Counted from the first letter of the stretch, positions 33,391 to 44,581 are shown. The stretch: DNA of 64,000 nucleotides from Opitutaceae bacterium (GCA_051252375.1 JBPOFY010000010.1:1-64000), one strand, 5' to 3'. Notes: generated by a model from the sequence alone, not told the origin. A program made the numbers and translations.

Positions 33391-35193
33391 ATGAGCAAAA
33401 CAGACCCAGTCGTCCCTAATACCGCCCCACTCGCACCGGATCAAGTGCAGTGGCTCAACAACTTTCTACCTGCATTGCAGCCCGACCAACTGATCTGGCT
33501 GGAAGGCTTCATTAGTGGATTACGTGCCGGCCAAGGGGGCGCTGCACCCGCAGCCACTGTGACTGCTGCTGCTCCGTCGCTGACGGTCCTCTATGGAACG
33601 GAGTCTGGAAACTCTGAATCTCTTGCAGACCAAACAGTTAAGGCAGCTAACGCGAATGGCTTTAAAGCCAAGGCGGTCAACATGTCGGATCTCAAACTCA
33701 CAAAACTGAAGGACATCGAGAACCTACTCGTGATCGTCAGCACTTGGGGCGAAGGTGATCCTCCAGAATCGGCTACCGATTTCTACGCCGACTTCATGAG
33801 CGACAAAGCCCCAAAGCTGGAGAACACACGTTTCTCGGTTATCGGTCTTGGTGACACGAGCTACGAGCACTTCTGCAAAATGGGCATAGACTTCGACGCA
33901 CGGCTCGAAGCGCTCGGCGCAAAACGTATCTACGACCGTGTCGATTGTGATGTCGACTATGACGATGCCTATGCCGCATGGCAAAAAGGCGCGCTAGCAG
34001 CCCTTGAGGCAGTTGCGAAGCCAGCCGCCTCAGCAACGACCGCAGCTCCTGCCGCAACGACTGCCACGGTTAAATACTCTCGTAAGAACCCCTTCCCTTC
34101 GGAATTGAGTGAGCGTGTCATGCTCAATGGTCGTGGTTCCGCCAAGGAAACGATTCACTTGGAATTCGACCTCGAAGGTTCCGGTTTGGCATACGAAGCT
34201 GGTGATGCACTCGCCGTGATTCCTCACAATGCGGAAGACGTGGTGAACGACATTATCGCGGCTACCAAGTTGGATGCCGACAGCCCCGTCCTCATCAAAG
34301 AGCAGGACTATACCTTGCGCGAAGCACTCACCACTCAACTGGATGTCACTGCCATTTCCTTACCAGTGTTGAAACGTTACAACGAGATCGCAAAAGATGC
34401 GAAACTCGCAGCGATGCTTGATCCGGAAAACAAGGCGCAACTACAGGACTATCTCTATGGTCGTGAGATTATCGACGTGCTAAATGACTTCCCCGCAAAG
34501 GAAATCACCGCAGATGCTTTGGTCGGCATCATGCGCAAGTTGCCACCTCGCCTCTACTCTATCGCTTCCAGCCCGAAAGCGCATCCCGGTGAAGTGCACT
34601 TAACTGTTGGTGTCGTTCGTTACGATGCCCATGGCCGCAACCGTAAAGGTGTTTGCTCCACTTACTTGGCAGAGCGTATCGAAGAAGGCGGCAAAGCTGA
34701 AATTTTCGTCACACCAAACAAGCACTTCAAAGTGCCAGCCAATCCCGATGCACCAATGATCATGATTGGTCCCGGGACAGGCATCGCACCCTTCCGTGCA
34801 TTTGTCGAAGAACGCAAAGCCATCGGCGCCAAGGGTAAGAACTGGCTCTTCTTTGGTGACCAACATTATTTGACCGACTTCCTTTATCAGATGGAATGGC
34901 AAGATTATCTTGCCGACGGTATTTTGACAAAGCTCGACGTCGCTTTCTCGCGCGATCAAGCAGAGAAAGTATATGTGCAAGACCGTATGCGTGAAAACGC
35001 GAAGGAGCTCTACACATGGCTGCAAGAAGGTGCTTCCTTCTACGTCTGTGGTGATGCCAGCCGCATGGCGACCGATGTCGATACCGCACTACACGACATC
35101 GTTCAAGCCGAAGGCGGCATGAGCGCTGAGGAAGCAGCTGCATATGTCAAACAGTTGAAAACGGATAAGCGCTACTTGCGTGACGTTTACTAG
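33391..35193 (+). CDS. cysJ: NADPH-sulfite reductase flavoprotein subunit
   Basis: YGTESGNS, STWGEGDPP, RLYSIASS, GPGTGIAPFR, YVCGDA, RYLRDVY. Confidence 0.95.
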   Translation: MSKTDPVVPNTAPLAPDQVQWLNNFLPALQPDQLIWLEGFISGLRAGQGGAAPAATVTAAAPSLTVLYGTESGNSESLADQTVKAANANGFKAKAVNMSDLKLTKLKDIENLLVIVSTWGEGDPPESATDFYADFMSDKAPKLENTRFSVIGLGDTSYEHFCKMGIDFDARLEALGAKRIYDRVDCDVDYDDAYAAWQKGALAALEAVAKPAASATTAAPAATTATVKYSRKNPFPSELSERVMLNGRGSAKETIHLEFDLEGSGLAYEAGDALAVIPHNAEDVVNDIIAATKLDADSPVLIKEQDYTLREALTTQLDVTAISLPVLKRYNEIAKDAKLAAMLDPENKAQLQDYLYGREIIDVLNDFPAKEITADALVGIMRKLPPRLYSIASSPKAHPGEVHLTVGVVRYDAHGRNRKGVCSTYLAERIEEGGKAEIFVTPNKHFKVPANPDAPMIMIGPGTGIAPFRAFVEERKAIGAKGKNWLFFGDQHYLTDFLYQMEWQDYLADGILTKLDVAFSRDQAEKVYVQDRMRENAKELYTWLQEGASFYVCGDASRMATDVDTALHDIVQAEGGMSAEEAAAYVKQLKTDKRYLRDVY

Positions 35194-35208
35194 GTCAGCC
35201 CAGTTGCG

Positions 35209-36117
35209 ATGCCCGAGAAGGATGCCAAGCAAGCCGTAGATGTCCTCTGCGTCGGCTTTGCTTGCGTAGATCTCAACTTCAACACGGATCATCATCCAGC
35301 AGCCGACGAAAAACTGCGTGCCACCGCAATGCACACCTGTGGCGGTGGCCCAGCTGCAAATGCAGCCGTTGCCATAGCACGTCTCGACGGGAGTGCTCGT
35401 TTTTGTGGCTATCTAGGCGACGATGCCTTTGGCGACGCCCATATTCGTGAATTCGAACATGATGGTGTCTTGGTCGACAGCTTAACACGAGGCGACGCCC
35501 CTACGCCGGTGGCGACCGTCATCGTTAAACCCGACGGCTGTCGCGCAAACATTAGCTATCGATCGACCCAAGCGATCTCACCAGTAGATGCCCTCAACTT
35601 CGCCGACTACCCAGCAAAAGTGCTCCTCGTCGATGGTCATCAGCCCCTACTCTCGCTCGCGCTGATCGAAGAAGCCCGACGCCTTGGCATCCCCAGCATC
35701 TTAGATGCCGGCTCAGTAAGCGACGGCACCATGATGTTGTTCAATCAAGTGGATTACTTAGTGACGTCAGAGAAGTTTGCTCGTGATTACACCGGCGAAG
35801 ATGACCCGCGCACCGCACTTGCCGCATTGGATGGCAGCGCACCTTTCATAGCAATCACTTGGGGCGCCGATGGCGTGTATTGGCAAGATGAATACGGACA
35901 GCACCATTCGCCAGCATTTGACATCGAAGCCGTCGACACGAACGGAGCCGGCGATGCCTTCCATGGCGCATTTGCACTTGGCATCGCTCAAGGTCTAAAG
36001 CCAAAAGAAAACATCCGACGATCTAATGCGGTCGGCGCGCTAACATGCTTAAAGGTCGGTGCCCGATCAGCTTTACCCGCACTTGGCGCGGTCAACCGAC
36101 TGTGCGGCACTGTTTAA
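35209..36117 (+). CDS. PfkB-family carbohydrate kinase
   Basis: [28 protein letters not shown]. Confidence 0.88.
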   Translation: MPEKDAKQAVDVLCVGFACVDLNFNTDHHPAADEKLRATAMHTCGGGPAANAAVAIARLDGSARFCGYLGDDAFGDAHIREFEHDGVLVDSLTRGDAPTPVATVIVKPDGCRANISYRSTQAISPVDALNFADYPAKVLLVDGHQPLLSLALIEEARRLGIPSILDAGSVSDGTMMLFNQVDYLVTSEKFARDYTGEDDPRTALAALDGSAPFIAITWGADGVYWQDEYGQHHSPAFDIEAVDTNGAGDAFHGAFALGIAQGLKPKENIRRSNAVGALTCLKVGARSALPALGAVNRLCGTV

Positions 36118-36135
36118 AGTCATCAAATCAAAGCT

Positions 36136-36216
36136 GTAGCCACGGCAGTCCCCTGCCGTGTGTTTGTTGCAGTCAACGCTCACGCTGAAGGGCACGTCAC
36201 AGAGTAACGTGGCTAC
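36136..36216. repeat. GTAG-type REP-like inverted doublet; related single copy at 10661-10684
   Basis: GTAGCCACGGCAG..CTGCCGTG and CACGTCACAGAGTAACGTGGCTAC; the latter's reverse complement matches 10661-10684 at 22/24. Confidence 0.7.
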
Positions 36217-36284
36217 ATCAACAGCCAATTAAATGTCCAATGCGGATCTTGATTAAAGATATATTGCTCCTATAGTCCCTCAAC

Positions 36285-36644
36285 ATGAAAGCACGCAGTT
36301 TACGCCATCGCCTCGAAAAAGCCTCCAAGCTTTTAGTGATCATCCAAAAACATATACCAGATGTGGATTGCCGCTTAGATGAGGATAAAGGTGACAACGG
36401 TCATGTGGTCGTCGACTTCACCGGCAGTGGCGTCAGCCGAAGCAAGATGGTTGCCCTTGGCAAAGATTTGGAGGGCAAGGGCTATCGATTCCTAGAGAAG
36501 AAAAGCCCGTGGCTCGGTCAAATCACTTACCAAGGCAAGGCCGACGAGAAATCGACTATTATCATCACCCTACCCATCACGAAAGATCGACTGGGTATCA
36601 ATGAAGACGCACCAGAGCGTCCTTACTCCTTCGCCAACGCATAA
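36285..36644 (+). CDS. Hypothetical protein
   Basis: 119-aa ORF preceded by TTGATT-N16-TATAGT. Confidence 0.7.
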   Translation: MKARSLRHRLEKASKLLVIIQKHIPDVDCRLDEDKGDNGHVVVDFTGSGVSRSKMVALGKDLEGKGYRFLEKKSPWLGQITYQGKADEKSTIIITLPITKDRLGINEDAPERPYSFANA

Positions 36645-36687
36645 GCGTTCAATAAACGAGCCGTAATCTTAATCACAGCAAAACTAA

Positions 36688-36779
36688 ATAGGGATCGTTA
36701 TCCTTAACGATCCCTATCGAGTGAGCACCTATATACGACCCTCGACAGAATCGGCACGATAAGGATATCGTGCCCTACC
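36688..36779. repeat. GTAG-type REP-like doublet with ATCCTT loop
   Basis: ATAGGGATCGTTATCCTTAACGATCCCTAT and GGCACGATAAGGATATCGTGCCCTAC. Confidence 0.75.
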
Positions 36780-36824
36780 TTCTGAAAGACGCACAGTCAG
36801 AACTTCAATCCACTCATCAAAACT

Positions 36825-37661
36825 ATGGCAGACATCGGCCGATTCAACAAACTGACCATCATCGAGCATTCCGACCACGGGCTCTACCTTGACGCGAAGC
36901 CAGAAGAAAAAATCTTGCTCCCCAATGCTTACGTGACGCCAGATATGAAGATCGGCGACGAGATCGAAGTCTTCATCTATAACGATTCCGAAGATCGCTT
37001 GGTCGCCACCACCGAGACACCGCTGGCCCAAGCTGGCGAATTCGCTTATCTCGAAGTCATTAGCGTCAACCCTCGCGTCGGCGCATTCTTAGATTGGGGT
37101 CTACAAAAAGACCTGCTCCTTCCGTTCCGTGAACAAGGCGATTGGACCTTCCGCGAAGGTGACGGCGCGATCGTTGCGGTCTATGTCGACGAATACACCA
37201 ACCGAATCGTCGCTTCCGCTCGCTTACACCTACACCTTTCAGAGACCAAGCCCGAGTATCAACCGAACGACCCCGTCCATGTGTTGATCTATGGCGACTC
37301 CCCGCTCGGCTATAAAGCCATCGTCGACAAAAAGCATCGCGGCCTGCTCTACCACGAAGAGACCTCCGACAAATTGGAACCCGGCGATCAATTCACAGGC
37401 TACATTAAAAATGTGCACGCCAGCGGTAAGATCGACCTACGTCGTGATTTATCTGGGCGTAAACGTGTCGAAACAATCAGCGAATCGATCCTCCGTATTC
37501 TTGAAGACGCTGGCGGCGAGATGCCCTATCACGACAAAAGCAGCCCGGAAGAAATCCGCAAAGTTTTCAACACGAGTAAAAAGGCATTCAAACAAGCCTG
37601 CGCTGCGCTTTACAAACAACGCATCATCGAAATCAACGATCAAGGCATCAAGAAGGTTTAG
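36825..37661 (+). CDS. CvfB-family S1 RNA-binding protein
   Basis: [30 protein letters not shown]. Confidence 0.88.
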   Translation: MADIGRFNKLTIIEHSDHGLYLDAKPEEKILLPNAYVTPDMKIGDEIEVFIYNDSEDRLVATTETPLAQAGEFAYLEVISVNPRVGAFLDWGLQKDLLLPFREQGDWTFREGDGAIVAVYVDEYTNRIVASARLHLHLSETKPEYQPNDPVHVLIYGDSPLGYKAIVDKKHRGLLYHEETSDKLEPGDQFTGYIKNVHASGKIDLRRDLSGRKRVETISESILRILEDAGGEMPYHDKSSPEEIRKVFNTSKKAFKQACAALYKQRIIEINDQGIKKV

Positions 37662-37678
37662 CCATCGTCAGTGCACAT

Positions 37679-37718
37679 AAAAAAGTCCCCAAAGCCGAAC
37701 GGCACTTGGAGACTTTTA
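37679..37718. terminator. Probable bidirectional terminator
   Basis: AAAAAAGTCCCCAA...TTGGAGACTTTT between convergent genes. Confidence 0.65.
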
Positions 37719-37740
37719 GAAAATTAGCTTGTTCAGCGAA

Positions 37741-38556
37741 CTAAGCGCGACGGCGGCGAAGCATGACAGATGACAGCGCGAGGCAACCAGCGAGCAGCGC
37801 GTAGGCAGAAGGCTCAGGGACAGTGTCAAACGTTACACCGCCCAATCCAGCGACAGTAGGGTTCGGGGCCCCTCCTTCGACAATGATCGTGTAATCGCCA
37901 TCGCTATCGATATCGAAAAACACCCAGCCGAGGCTAGCACCCGCAGTGCCGTCCGACAAATTTGGCAAGCCCGTGACGCTTGCGATGTTGACGCCATCGG
38001 TCAAGCGAATGTTAGGTATAGTAAAGCGTGCACGGTCGTCGTCATTCAAGACTGTAAGGATGCCCACACGAATGGTCGTATCAGCGGCTAGATCGCTGAC
38101 CGTAAATTCGAGTGCCTCATAACCGGGGCCAGAGACGAGCAAGTTGCCTGCGACACGATCGGTTCCATCGGCTAGGATCGGGCTGTCAATGGATTCGTAG
38201 CCAGCGTAGCGACCGATGTTGCTACTATCGGCACCTGTAGCAGCAGTCGAGATGTAACCAGGCTGAGAAGCAGTAAGCAACGTAGAGCTCATTACATTGG
38301 CACCAAATATGTTCTCGTTTTGATCATTACCAGGATTGGTATTGTTATTCGGAGTGGTCACAGGGAAATTACCAAAGAAGATATATCCATCAGTGCCGAG
38401 GCCGTTGCCATCAATGTCGTTGGTGGTTTCAGTTAACCAGTCCTTGTTGGTGCTTTGATAGCCCGTTGCGCCACCAAAAATCGCAATACCAGCATTGGCT
38501 GCCAATGACGCTGTCAAGAAAGCAGCTGATGTGAGAATTAGGGTATTTGTTTTCAT
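37741..38556 (-). CDS. PEP-CTERM sorting-domain surface protein
   Basis: Signal peptide; VPEPSAYALLAG..RRRRA. Confidence 0.92.
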   Translation of the reverse strand: MKTNTLILTSAAFLTASLAANAGIAIFGGATGYQSTNKDWLTETTNDIDGNGLGTDGYIFFGNFPVTTPNNNTNPGNDQNENIFGANVMSSTLLTASQPGYISTAATGADSSNIGRYAGYESIDSPILADGTDRVAGNLLVSGPGYEALEFTVSDLAADTTIRVGILTVLNDDDRARFTIPNIRLTDGVNIASVTGLPNLSDGTAGASLGWVFFDIDSDGDYTIIVEGGAPNPTVAGLGGVTFDTVPEPSAYALLAGCLALSSVMLRRRRA

Positions 38557-38738
38557 GTTAGATAAATACTTGGGGAGAAATTAGATTAAGGTCATATAAA
38601 TATCATAATATACCATTATTGTCCATCACTGAAATAAGGTATTTAGGGCTATATTTTACACATTTCATAGGGAAAGAGGCACATAAGTGCGTCAATCTGC
38701 CCGGAATCGGTGACGCATTGAACCACGTCCCCTACCCT

Positions 38739-39863
38739 TTATTGAACTGAGAAACGATAAACAGTCGTCTTTTCATACACCTCTGCGGGACGGAGGATCG
38801 GTGATTTAAAGTTTGGCTGATTGATCGCGTCGGGGAAGTGCTGGCACTCGAAACAAATCGCGATGCGGTGCGTATATGGGATGTCATCGCGACCAACTAC
38901 GGATCCGTCGAACCAGTTACCGGAATACACTTGGACGCCGTGGTCAGTGGAGAGCATTTCCATCATACGACCACTCTTCGGATCGTGTAAACGTGCTACT
39001 GGTCGTAGCGTGCCCGGCTCGCCGTTAATCACAAAATTATGGTCGTAGCCTTTGCCGATCTTCAGTTGCACATCGTCTGCGTCAATGTCGCGCCCGATTG
39101 GCTTTGGCTGACTGAAGTCAAAAGGTGTGCCAGCGACCGAACGGATCTCACCGGTTGGAATGTAGTTCTCGTCGGTTGGATTATAGGCATCAGCAAACAG
39201 CTGAAGTTCTTGATCCAAGATACTCCGACTGCTGGGCCCGCCGATATTCCAGTAACTGTGATGCGTGATATTACAGATCGTTGGCTTATCCGTCGTTGCT
39301 TCGTATTGAATTTGCAGACCGTTGTCGGCGGTCAGTGTGTAGGTCGTCGTGAGCTCTAATTCCCCGGGAAAGCCCTCCTCGCCATCAGGTGAGGTGTATG
39401 TGAGTTTCAATTGCGGCTCGCCGTTGATCACCGATGCGGACCCCTTCCATAATTTTTTATTAAAGCCCTTAACGCCGCCGTGCATGTGGTTGGGGCCATT
39501 GTTTGTCGCCAGTTGATAGTCGTGCCCATCGATTGAAAACTTGCCATGCTTAATACGATTAGCAGTGCGACCAGTGATGGCACCATACCAGCCTTCGTCC
39601 GCTTCGTATGCGGGGAAGTCCTCAAAGCCGAGCACGACGTCCTCTAGTTTACCGTCACGATCTGGCACTAGTAGGCTGACGACGACGCCACCATAGTCGG
39701 TGATCTTTGCCACCATGCCTTGTTCATTAGTCATGGTGTAAAGCGTGACTGGCTTCCCTTCGAACTCGCCGAAGTCATTGAGTGCGATGGAGGCTGGACC
39801 TCCAGATGCATGCGTAGCTGCGTAGATGCTCATGATAAGTAAAATTGGGGTCAGTAGTTTCAT
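38739..39863 (-). CDS. galM: Aldose 1-epimerase (mutarotase) with signal peptide
   Basis: GRTANRI, NHMHGG, THHSYWN, GYDHNF, FECQHFPD; start MKLLTP. Confidence 0.9.
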   Translation of the reverse strand: MKLLTPILLIMSIYAATHASGGPASIALNDFGEFEGKPVTLYTMTNEQGMVAKITDYGGVVVSLLVPDRDGKLEDVVLGFEDFPAYEADEGWYGAITGRTANRIKHGKFSIDGHDYQLATNNGPNHMHGGVKGFNKKLWKGSASVINGEPQLKLTYTSPDGEEGFPGELELTTTYTLTADNGLQIQYEATTDKPTICNITHHSYWNIGGPSSRSILDQELQLFADAYNPTDENYIPTGEIRSVAGTPFDFSQPKPIGRDIDADDVQLKIGKGYDHNFVINGEPGTLRPVARLHDPKSGRMMEMLSTDHGVQVYSGNWFDGSVVGRDDIPYTHRIAICFECQHFPDAINQPNFKSPILRPAEVYEKTTVYRFSVQ

Positions 39864-39882
39864 GGAGTAGGCATTTTGTAGT

Positions 39883-40656
39883 TTAAGAAAGGCTACGCCC
39901 ACCGTTCACGCAAAGCGTCTGTCCGGTGACAAAGGAGGCAGCAGGAGAACAGAAATTGGCGACAGCCACGGCGATATCTTCGGGGATGCCCCATCGTCCT
40001 ACCGGAATGGCTTCAAGGTAGGCATCCAAATCGGCTTGGCTGGTATCGGCATGTCGTTCCGTCGGGATCCAACCTGGAGAGACTGTGTTGACAGTAATTC
40101 CAAATGAGGCGAGCTCGTTGGACATACTATGGGTCCAAGCCTTTTGACCGCCTTTGGCAGCAACATAGGCGCTGAAGTTCGGCACCCCAAGTTCGACGAC
40201 TTCACTTGAGAGATTCACAATGCGCCCCCAGCCTTTCTCCTTCATCTCACCGACTACCGCTTGCGTGAGAAGGAAGGGGCTCTTGATGAAGAACCGCACC
40301 ATCTCTTCGTAGTCTTCCCAAGTGTAGTCTTCGATAGGTTTCACTGGTTGGTCCAAGGTAGCATTGGGCACGAGTATATCGATGTCCCCGAGCTGTGCCT
40401 TGATCGCGGCAACTAAGTTTTGAATCGATGCTTGATCGGTGACGTCAGCCTGAAAAAGCGCCCCGACCCCACCACTTTTGGTAAACGATTCAAACGCGGC
40501 TTCTGCACGCAATTGATTATGCGCATAGTTTAAGGCGACCTTCGCGCCACGACTGCCGAGCTCTTTCGCAATGGCGAGCCCTAAACCCGTCGTGCTACCT
40601 GTAACCAGTGCGACCTTACCTACTAAGTCTTGAGATTGATCTTTTGGATGATTCAT
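39883..40656 (-). CDS. Short-chain dehydrogenase/reductase
   Basis: TGSTTGLG, YVAAK, VSPGWI, GQTLCVNGG. Confidence 0.92.
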   Translation of the reverse strand: MNHPKDQSQDLVGKVALVTGSTTGLGLAIAKELGSRGAKVALNYAHNQLRAEAAFESFTKSGGVGALFQADVTDQASIQNLVAAIKAQLGDIDILVPNATLDQPVKPIEDYTWEDYEEMVRFFIKSPFLLTQAVVGEMKEKGWGRIVNLSSEVVELGVPNFSAYVAAKGGQKAWTHSMSNELASFGITVNTVSPGWIPTERHADTSQADLDAYLEAIPVGRWGIPEDIAVAVANFCSPAASFVTGQTLCVNGGRSLS

Positions 40657-40665
40657 ACGTCGTGC

Positions 40666-41649
40666 CTATTTAGTGTAAGATTTAAGTGCGGTGCCGTTCG
40701 TCGTGAGAACGTGCACTTCATGCGATTTCGCTTTTGGGTGGTAAAACTCCCAGACCACTTCCTTCTCCGGCGTCACCTCAAAGTAAATTGGTTTCGAACG
40801 GTCTTTCTGTCCATAGCTACCAATCACCACATTACCATTTGGTAACAAATGCGCACCACAGGGATCTGCAAAGCGTCCATCGACATCGCTGTTATCGCAC
40901 TTCCAAAGCACTTCTCCATCGCTACCAAAAACAACCGTCTTATTGCCGTTGGTGAGATTCACTAGCGTGCTGCCGTCGTCCTTGCGAATCGCGGTGAAGG
41001 GCCAATTGCGCTGCTCTCGTCCACCCAGCTCCTCAAGGTCGGTTTTGATAATATTCACGACCTCACCTGTAGCTGTATATTCTTTAACACTGAATGCTAA
41101 CAAATGCGGAACGAGGTAGTTACCATTCGGCAATTTGCGCGCCATCCGTGTCTGCATGTGTGCGTTATCGGTTTCCGGTTGCAGAGGAAACTCTACCGAA
41201 ACTTGCCCCTCTTTTGTGATTTCCATCAAGCGTGGCCATCCCCCATTTTCCACAATCAAAGTGTTGCCATCATCAAGGCGCCAAGCTGCAGCGATCTCTT
41301 TATTCTTCTTACTATCCAGATGATAGGACCAGACGATATCAGTGCTGCCTTCAGCGTATTCAACCACGCGTCTCGACTCACAGATCAGGATATTTCCATC
41401 GGGTAGGACTGTGCCGTCACGTGAACCGCCCTTAACGGACCAGATAACTTTGCTCTCTTCGTCGAAGATCGCGGTCATCTTACTACCGGTAACAAGAAAT
41501 GAATGACGTATGCCGCTCTCGCTGACTTGGCGAACTTTGGGCAGAGGCACAGCTTCATTGGCTTCGTGGTGATCGGCGTTCGATTCAGCGAAAAGGAATA
41601 GCGACAGCATGGGCAATACCGCGAATTTTCTTAGATAGGTTAGTTTCAT
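40666..41649 (-). CDS. Secreted beta-propeller protein
   Basis: Signal peptide; repeated LPNGN..I / EV..W blade motifs. Confidence 0.7.
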   Translation of the reverse strand: MKLTYLRKFAVLPMLSLFLFAESNADHHEANEAVPLPKVRQVSESGIRHSFLVTGSKMTAIFDEESKVIWSVKGGSRDGTVLPDGNILICESRRVVEYAEGSTDIVWSYHLDSKKNKEIAAAWRLDDGNTLIVENGGWPRLMEITKEGQVSVEFPLQPETDNAHMQTRMARKLPNGNYLVPHLLAFSVKEYTATGEVVNIIKTDLEELGGREQRNWPFTAIRKDDGSTLVNLTNGNKTVVFGSDGEVLWKCDNSDVDGRFADPCGAHLLPNGNVVIGSYGQKDRSKPIYFEVTPEKEVVWEFYHPKAKSHEVHVLTTNGTALKSYTK

Positions 41650-41653
41650 ATGA

Positions 41654-43147
41654 CTACTTTTTATTGGGGTTGAAATCGGCAGTGTTCTCTAGGTCGATAG
41701 CTTCAATAGCACTGACAGCCTCCAAATCGACGTCACCAAATACACGAACGCCGTCATTAGAATTTTGGTATGCTGCGAATTGCTCAGGTGTTACATTTGT
41801 AGATCCTAGATACAGCGATTTTAAGCTCATTTTGGAGAGCTTAGAGAGACCTGCGTCACTTAGATCGCTACCATAGAAGTTCAGGCTCTCTAAAGCCGTG
41901 AAGGAATTGATCACATCAACTGCAGCATCAGCAGAGCTATAGCCGGATAGATTCAGAGCGCGGAGCTCACTTGCTCCACGGAGCCATTCAAGTTGCGCGA
42001 TCGGCACTTCAGCGCCAGCTAGTTTTAGCTCCTCGATGCGATCTTTATAGGTTGCGAGTAGCGCAAAGTCTTCGTCGGCAACGGCGCCTTTCGCGTTCTG
42101 GAAATCCACATAGAATAATTCCGACTCACGGCTGACGGGTAACACCATGATGCCATTTTTGATCAACTTATTCAGTTTATCCTGCTCAGCTTCTTGAGCT
42201 GCTTCTGCTGCGGCCACCGCGGCTTCATCGACTGGAGGACCCTCCGCTCCATTGGAAACCCAATGCGTGATCAACATAATCTGCTCTGCACTCATCCGGG
42301 GCTTTCCTTCAGGAGGCATCGCCATGTCGTCTGACTCGGGGAGCCAAAGATATTCGATCAACTTACTCTCGCTCACCGCAGACGGAGTGATTGGCGTGTC
42401 GCCTATCTTGCCAGGGGTCATCAGATATTCATAGGTATCAAGACGATACTTACTCTTCTGTTTCTCCATGCCGTGACATTTCGTGCAGTATTGATCGAGC
42501 AAAGGTTGTATTTCATGTGTGTAAACGTCGCCGTCTATTGCGCCATCTTCCGATGCGACCGTTTCAATAGTCCCATTCGGCTTATCCAATTTAGCAGCCA
42601 GCCAATCCGGCGCATAGGCTGTTAAGTAGCCAGAACCATGCGTCAAATTACCTCCATAGTGCCCCACTACCGTCATCACGATCAAGAGACCGACGAGTAG
42701 AAAGCGATACAGTCCCTTCCCCACACTTTCTTTACAAACGTTACGAACCTTTAAAAATGCCAGCACTAAAGCACCTGCAGAAAAAACAATACCGAGCCAT
42801 TTATGGAGCCACAGTGTATCTCCTGAGTAATCACCATTTGAGGCTAGGAGCAAACCGAGGTAAGCACTCAACACTGAAGCCAAGGCCATGATCCAGACGA
42901 GAATATGTGCCGATCGTCGAAGCCCTTCATTACGATTTCGCAGTGCCGCAACCTCGACCACAAATAAGCCTACAAATAAACCAATCGGCAGATGCAGGAT
43001 AACCGGGTGAAAACGCCCTAAGAATTGTGTCCATTCGAGGCTTTCTTCAGCCGCACTTTGACCCTCAGTAAAGACGACGACCCAAGCGAGCAGCAGCGCT
43101 AAGGACACAAGCAACACTGTGCTCAGCAAAAAATAGACTCTTTTCAT
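41654..43147 (-). CDS. Membrane (DUF2231-like) plus planctomycete cytochrome c plus LRR-like protein
   Basis: GRFHPVILHLPIG, GHYGGNLTHG, CTKCH, AMPP, C-terminal LRR-like repeats. Confidence 0.8.
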   Translation of the reverse strand: MKRVYFLLSTVLLVSLALLLAWVVVFTEGQSAAEESLEWTQFLGRFHPVILHLPIGLFVGLFVVEVAALRNRNEGLRRSAHILVWIMALASVLSAYLGLLLASNGDYSGDTLWLHKWLGIVFSAGALVLAFLKVRNVCKESVGKGLYRFLLVGLLIVMTVVGHYGGNLTHGSGYLTAYAPDWLAAKLDKPNGTIETVASEDGAIDGDVYTHEIQPLLDQYCTKCHGMEKQKSKYRLDTYEYLMTPGKIGDTPITPSAVSESKLIEYLWLPESDDMAMPPEGKPRMSAEQIMLITHWVSNGAEGPPVDEAAVAAAEAAQEAEQDKLNKLIKNGIMVLPVSRESELFYVDFQNAKGAVADEDFALLATYKDRIEELKLAGAEVPIAQLEWLRGASELRALNLSGYSSADAAVDVINSFTALESLNFYGSDLSDAGLSKLSKMSLKSLYLGSTNVTPEQFAAYQNSNDGVRVFGDVDLEAVSAIEAIDLENTADFNPNKK

Positions 43148-43170
43148 ATTAGGGTATGCTATCGCAGCGA

Positions 43171-44577
43171 CTAGGCGAGGATCTCGGGTATAATATGACC
43201 GTGCACATCGGTGAGTCGCACGTCGCGACCACTGAAACGATAGGTCAGCTGTTTGTGATCGATTCCCATCAAGTGCATCATGTTGGCGTGCAAGTCATGC
43301 ACATCCATTTTGTTTTCGACTGCACGATAACCGTATTCATCGGTCGCACCGTAAATGGTGCCGCCTTTGATGCCGCCACCGGCCATCCACATACTAAAGC
43401 CCTGCGGATTGTGGTCGCGACCATTCTGTCCTTGAGCAAATGGTGTGCGACCAAACTCACCACTGAAAACGAGCAAAGTAGAATCCAGTAAACCGCGAGA
43501 CTTGAGATCCTTGATTAATCCGGCAATCGGCTGGTCCACTGCAAAGGCATTCATTTCATGCCCGGCTTTCAAGTTACCATGCTGGTCCCAACGATCGGCG
43601 CCGCTGATCCCTGAAACAGTTAACTCCACAAAGCGGACGCCCTGCTCCACAAGCCTACGAGCAATCAAACACTGCGAACCATATTGACGTGTTTGTTCGA
43701 ATGGCGAATCCATACCGTAAAGTCGCTTTGTGGCGGCTGTCTCTTTTGAGATGTCGGTCACCTCAGGCACCTCCATCTGCATACGATACGCGAGTTCATA
43801 GTTTTGAATCGCGGTCTCCACCTCATCCGCATGGTGGAAATTTTGAAATAATGACCGATCGATGCTATTGAGATAATCCAGTTTCTTGCGCTGCAACTCA
43901 GTGAGCGACTCGCGCGGCTGTATGTTATTCATCACCGGATGTTTTGGCGCAACGAGCGACGCCTGGTGATTGGCAGGAAGAAAACCATTTCCAAAAGTCT
44001 GCATACCGCCCGGAGGCATGAGACCTCCATTGACCACGACATAGCTTGGCAAATTTTGATTCATTGTGCCGAGCCCATAGGAGAACCAAGAACCCATACT
44101 GGGGCGGCCTGCAAGCACATGACCACAATGCAGTGCATAATTAGCATTCGGATGGTTCGGCGACAAAGCAGTCATTGAACGAATCACACACAAGTCATCC
44201 GCACAGGAACCAATATGCGGAAACAAATCACTAATCGGAATACCGCTCTCCCCGTAATTCTTAAACTCCCAAGGGCTTTTAAGGAGATTGCCGTTATTAT
44301 TGAAAACAGTGGCATCGACTTTGAACTTAGGCGCTTGACCGTTTTCTTTAGTCAACTGCGGCTTGGGGTCGAATGAATCCACCTGCGAAACGCCGCCATC
44401 CATATAAAGGAAAATCACACTCTTCGCCGTTGGCGGAAAATGAGGAATTTGCGGCGCTAAAGGTGACGACAAACTTGCCCCGAGCAGATCACGTTGAAAG
44501 AGGCTCGTCGCCGCCAACATGCCGAAGCCCATAGAACTGTTTTTCAGGAAATCTCTTCTGCTAAATGGTCGTTTCAT
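43171..44577 (-). CDS. DUF1501 protein, Tat-exported
   Basis: SRRDFLK, MDGGVSQVDSFDPKP, WDQH, GEFGRTP, GRDHN. Confidence 0.88.
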   Translation of the reverse strand: MKRPFSRRDFLKNSSMGFGMLAATSLFQRDLLGASLSSPLAPQIPHFPPTAKSVIFLYMDGGVSQVDSFDPKPQLTKENGQAPKFKVDATVFNNNGNLLKSPWEFKNYGESGIPISDLFPHIGSCADDLCVIRSMTALSPNHPNANYALHCGHVLAGRPSMGSWFSYGLGTMNQNLPSYVVVNGGLMPPGGMQTFGNGFLPANHQASLVAPKHPVMNNIQPRESLTELQRKKLDYLNSIDRSLFQNFHHADEVETAIQNYELAYRMQMEVPEVTDISKETAATKRLYGMDSPFEQTRQYGSQCLIARRLVEQGVRFVELTVSGISGADRWDQHGNLKAGHEMNAFAVDQPIAGLIKDLKSRGLLDSTLLVFSGEFGRTPFAQGQNGRDHNPQGFSMWMAGGGIKGGTIYGATDEYGYRAVENKMDVHDLHANMMHLMGIDHKQLTYRFSGRDVRLTDVHGHIIPEILA

Positions 44578-44581
44578 GGCT

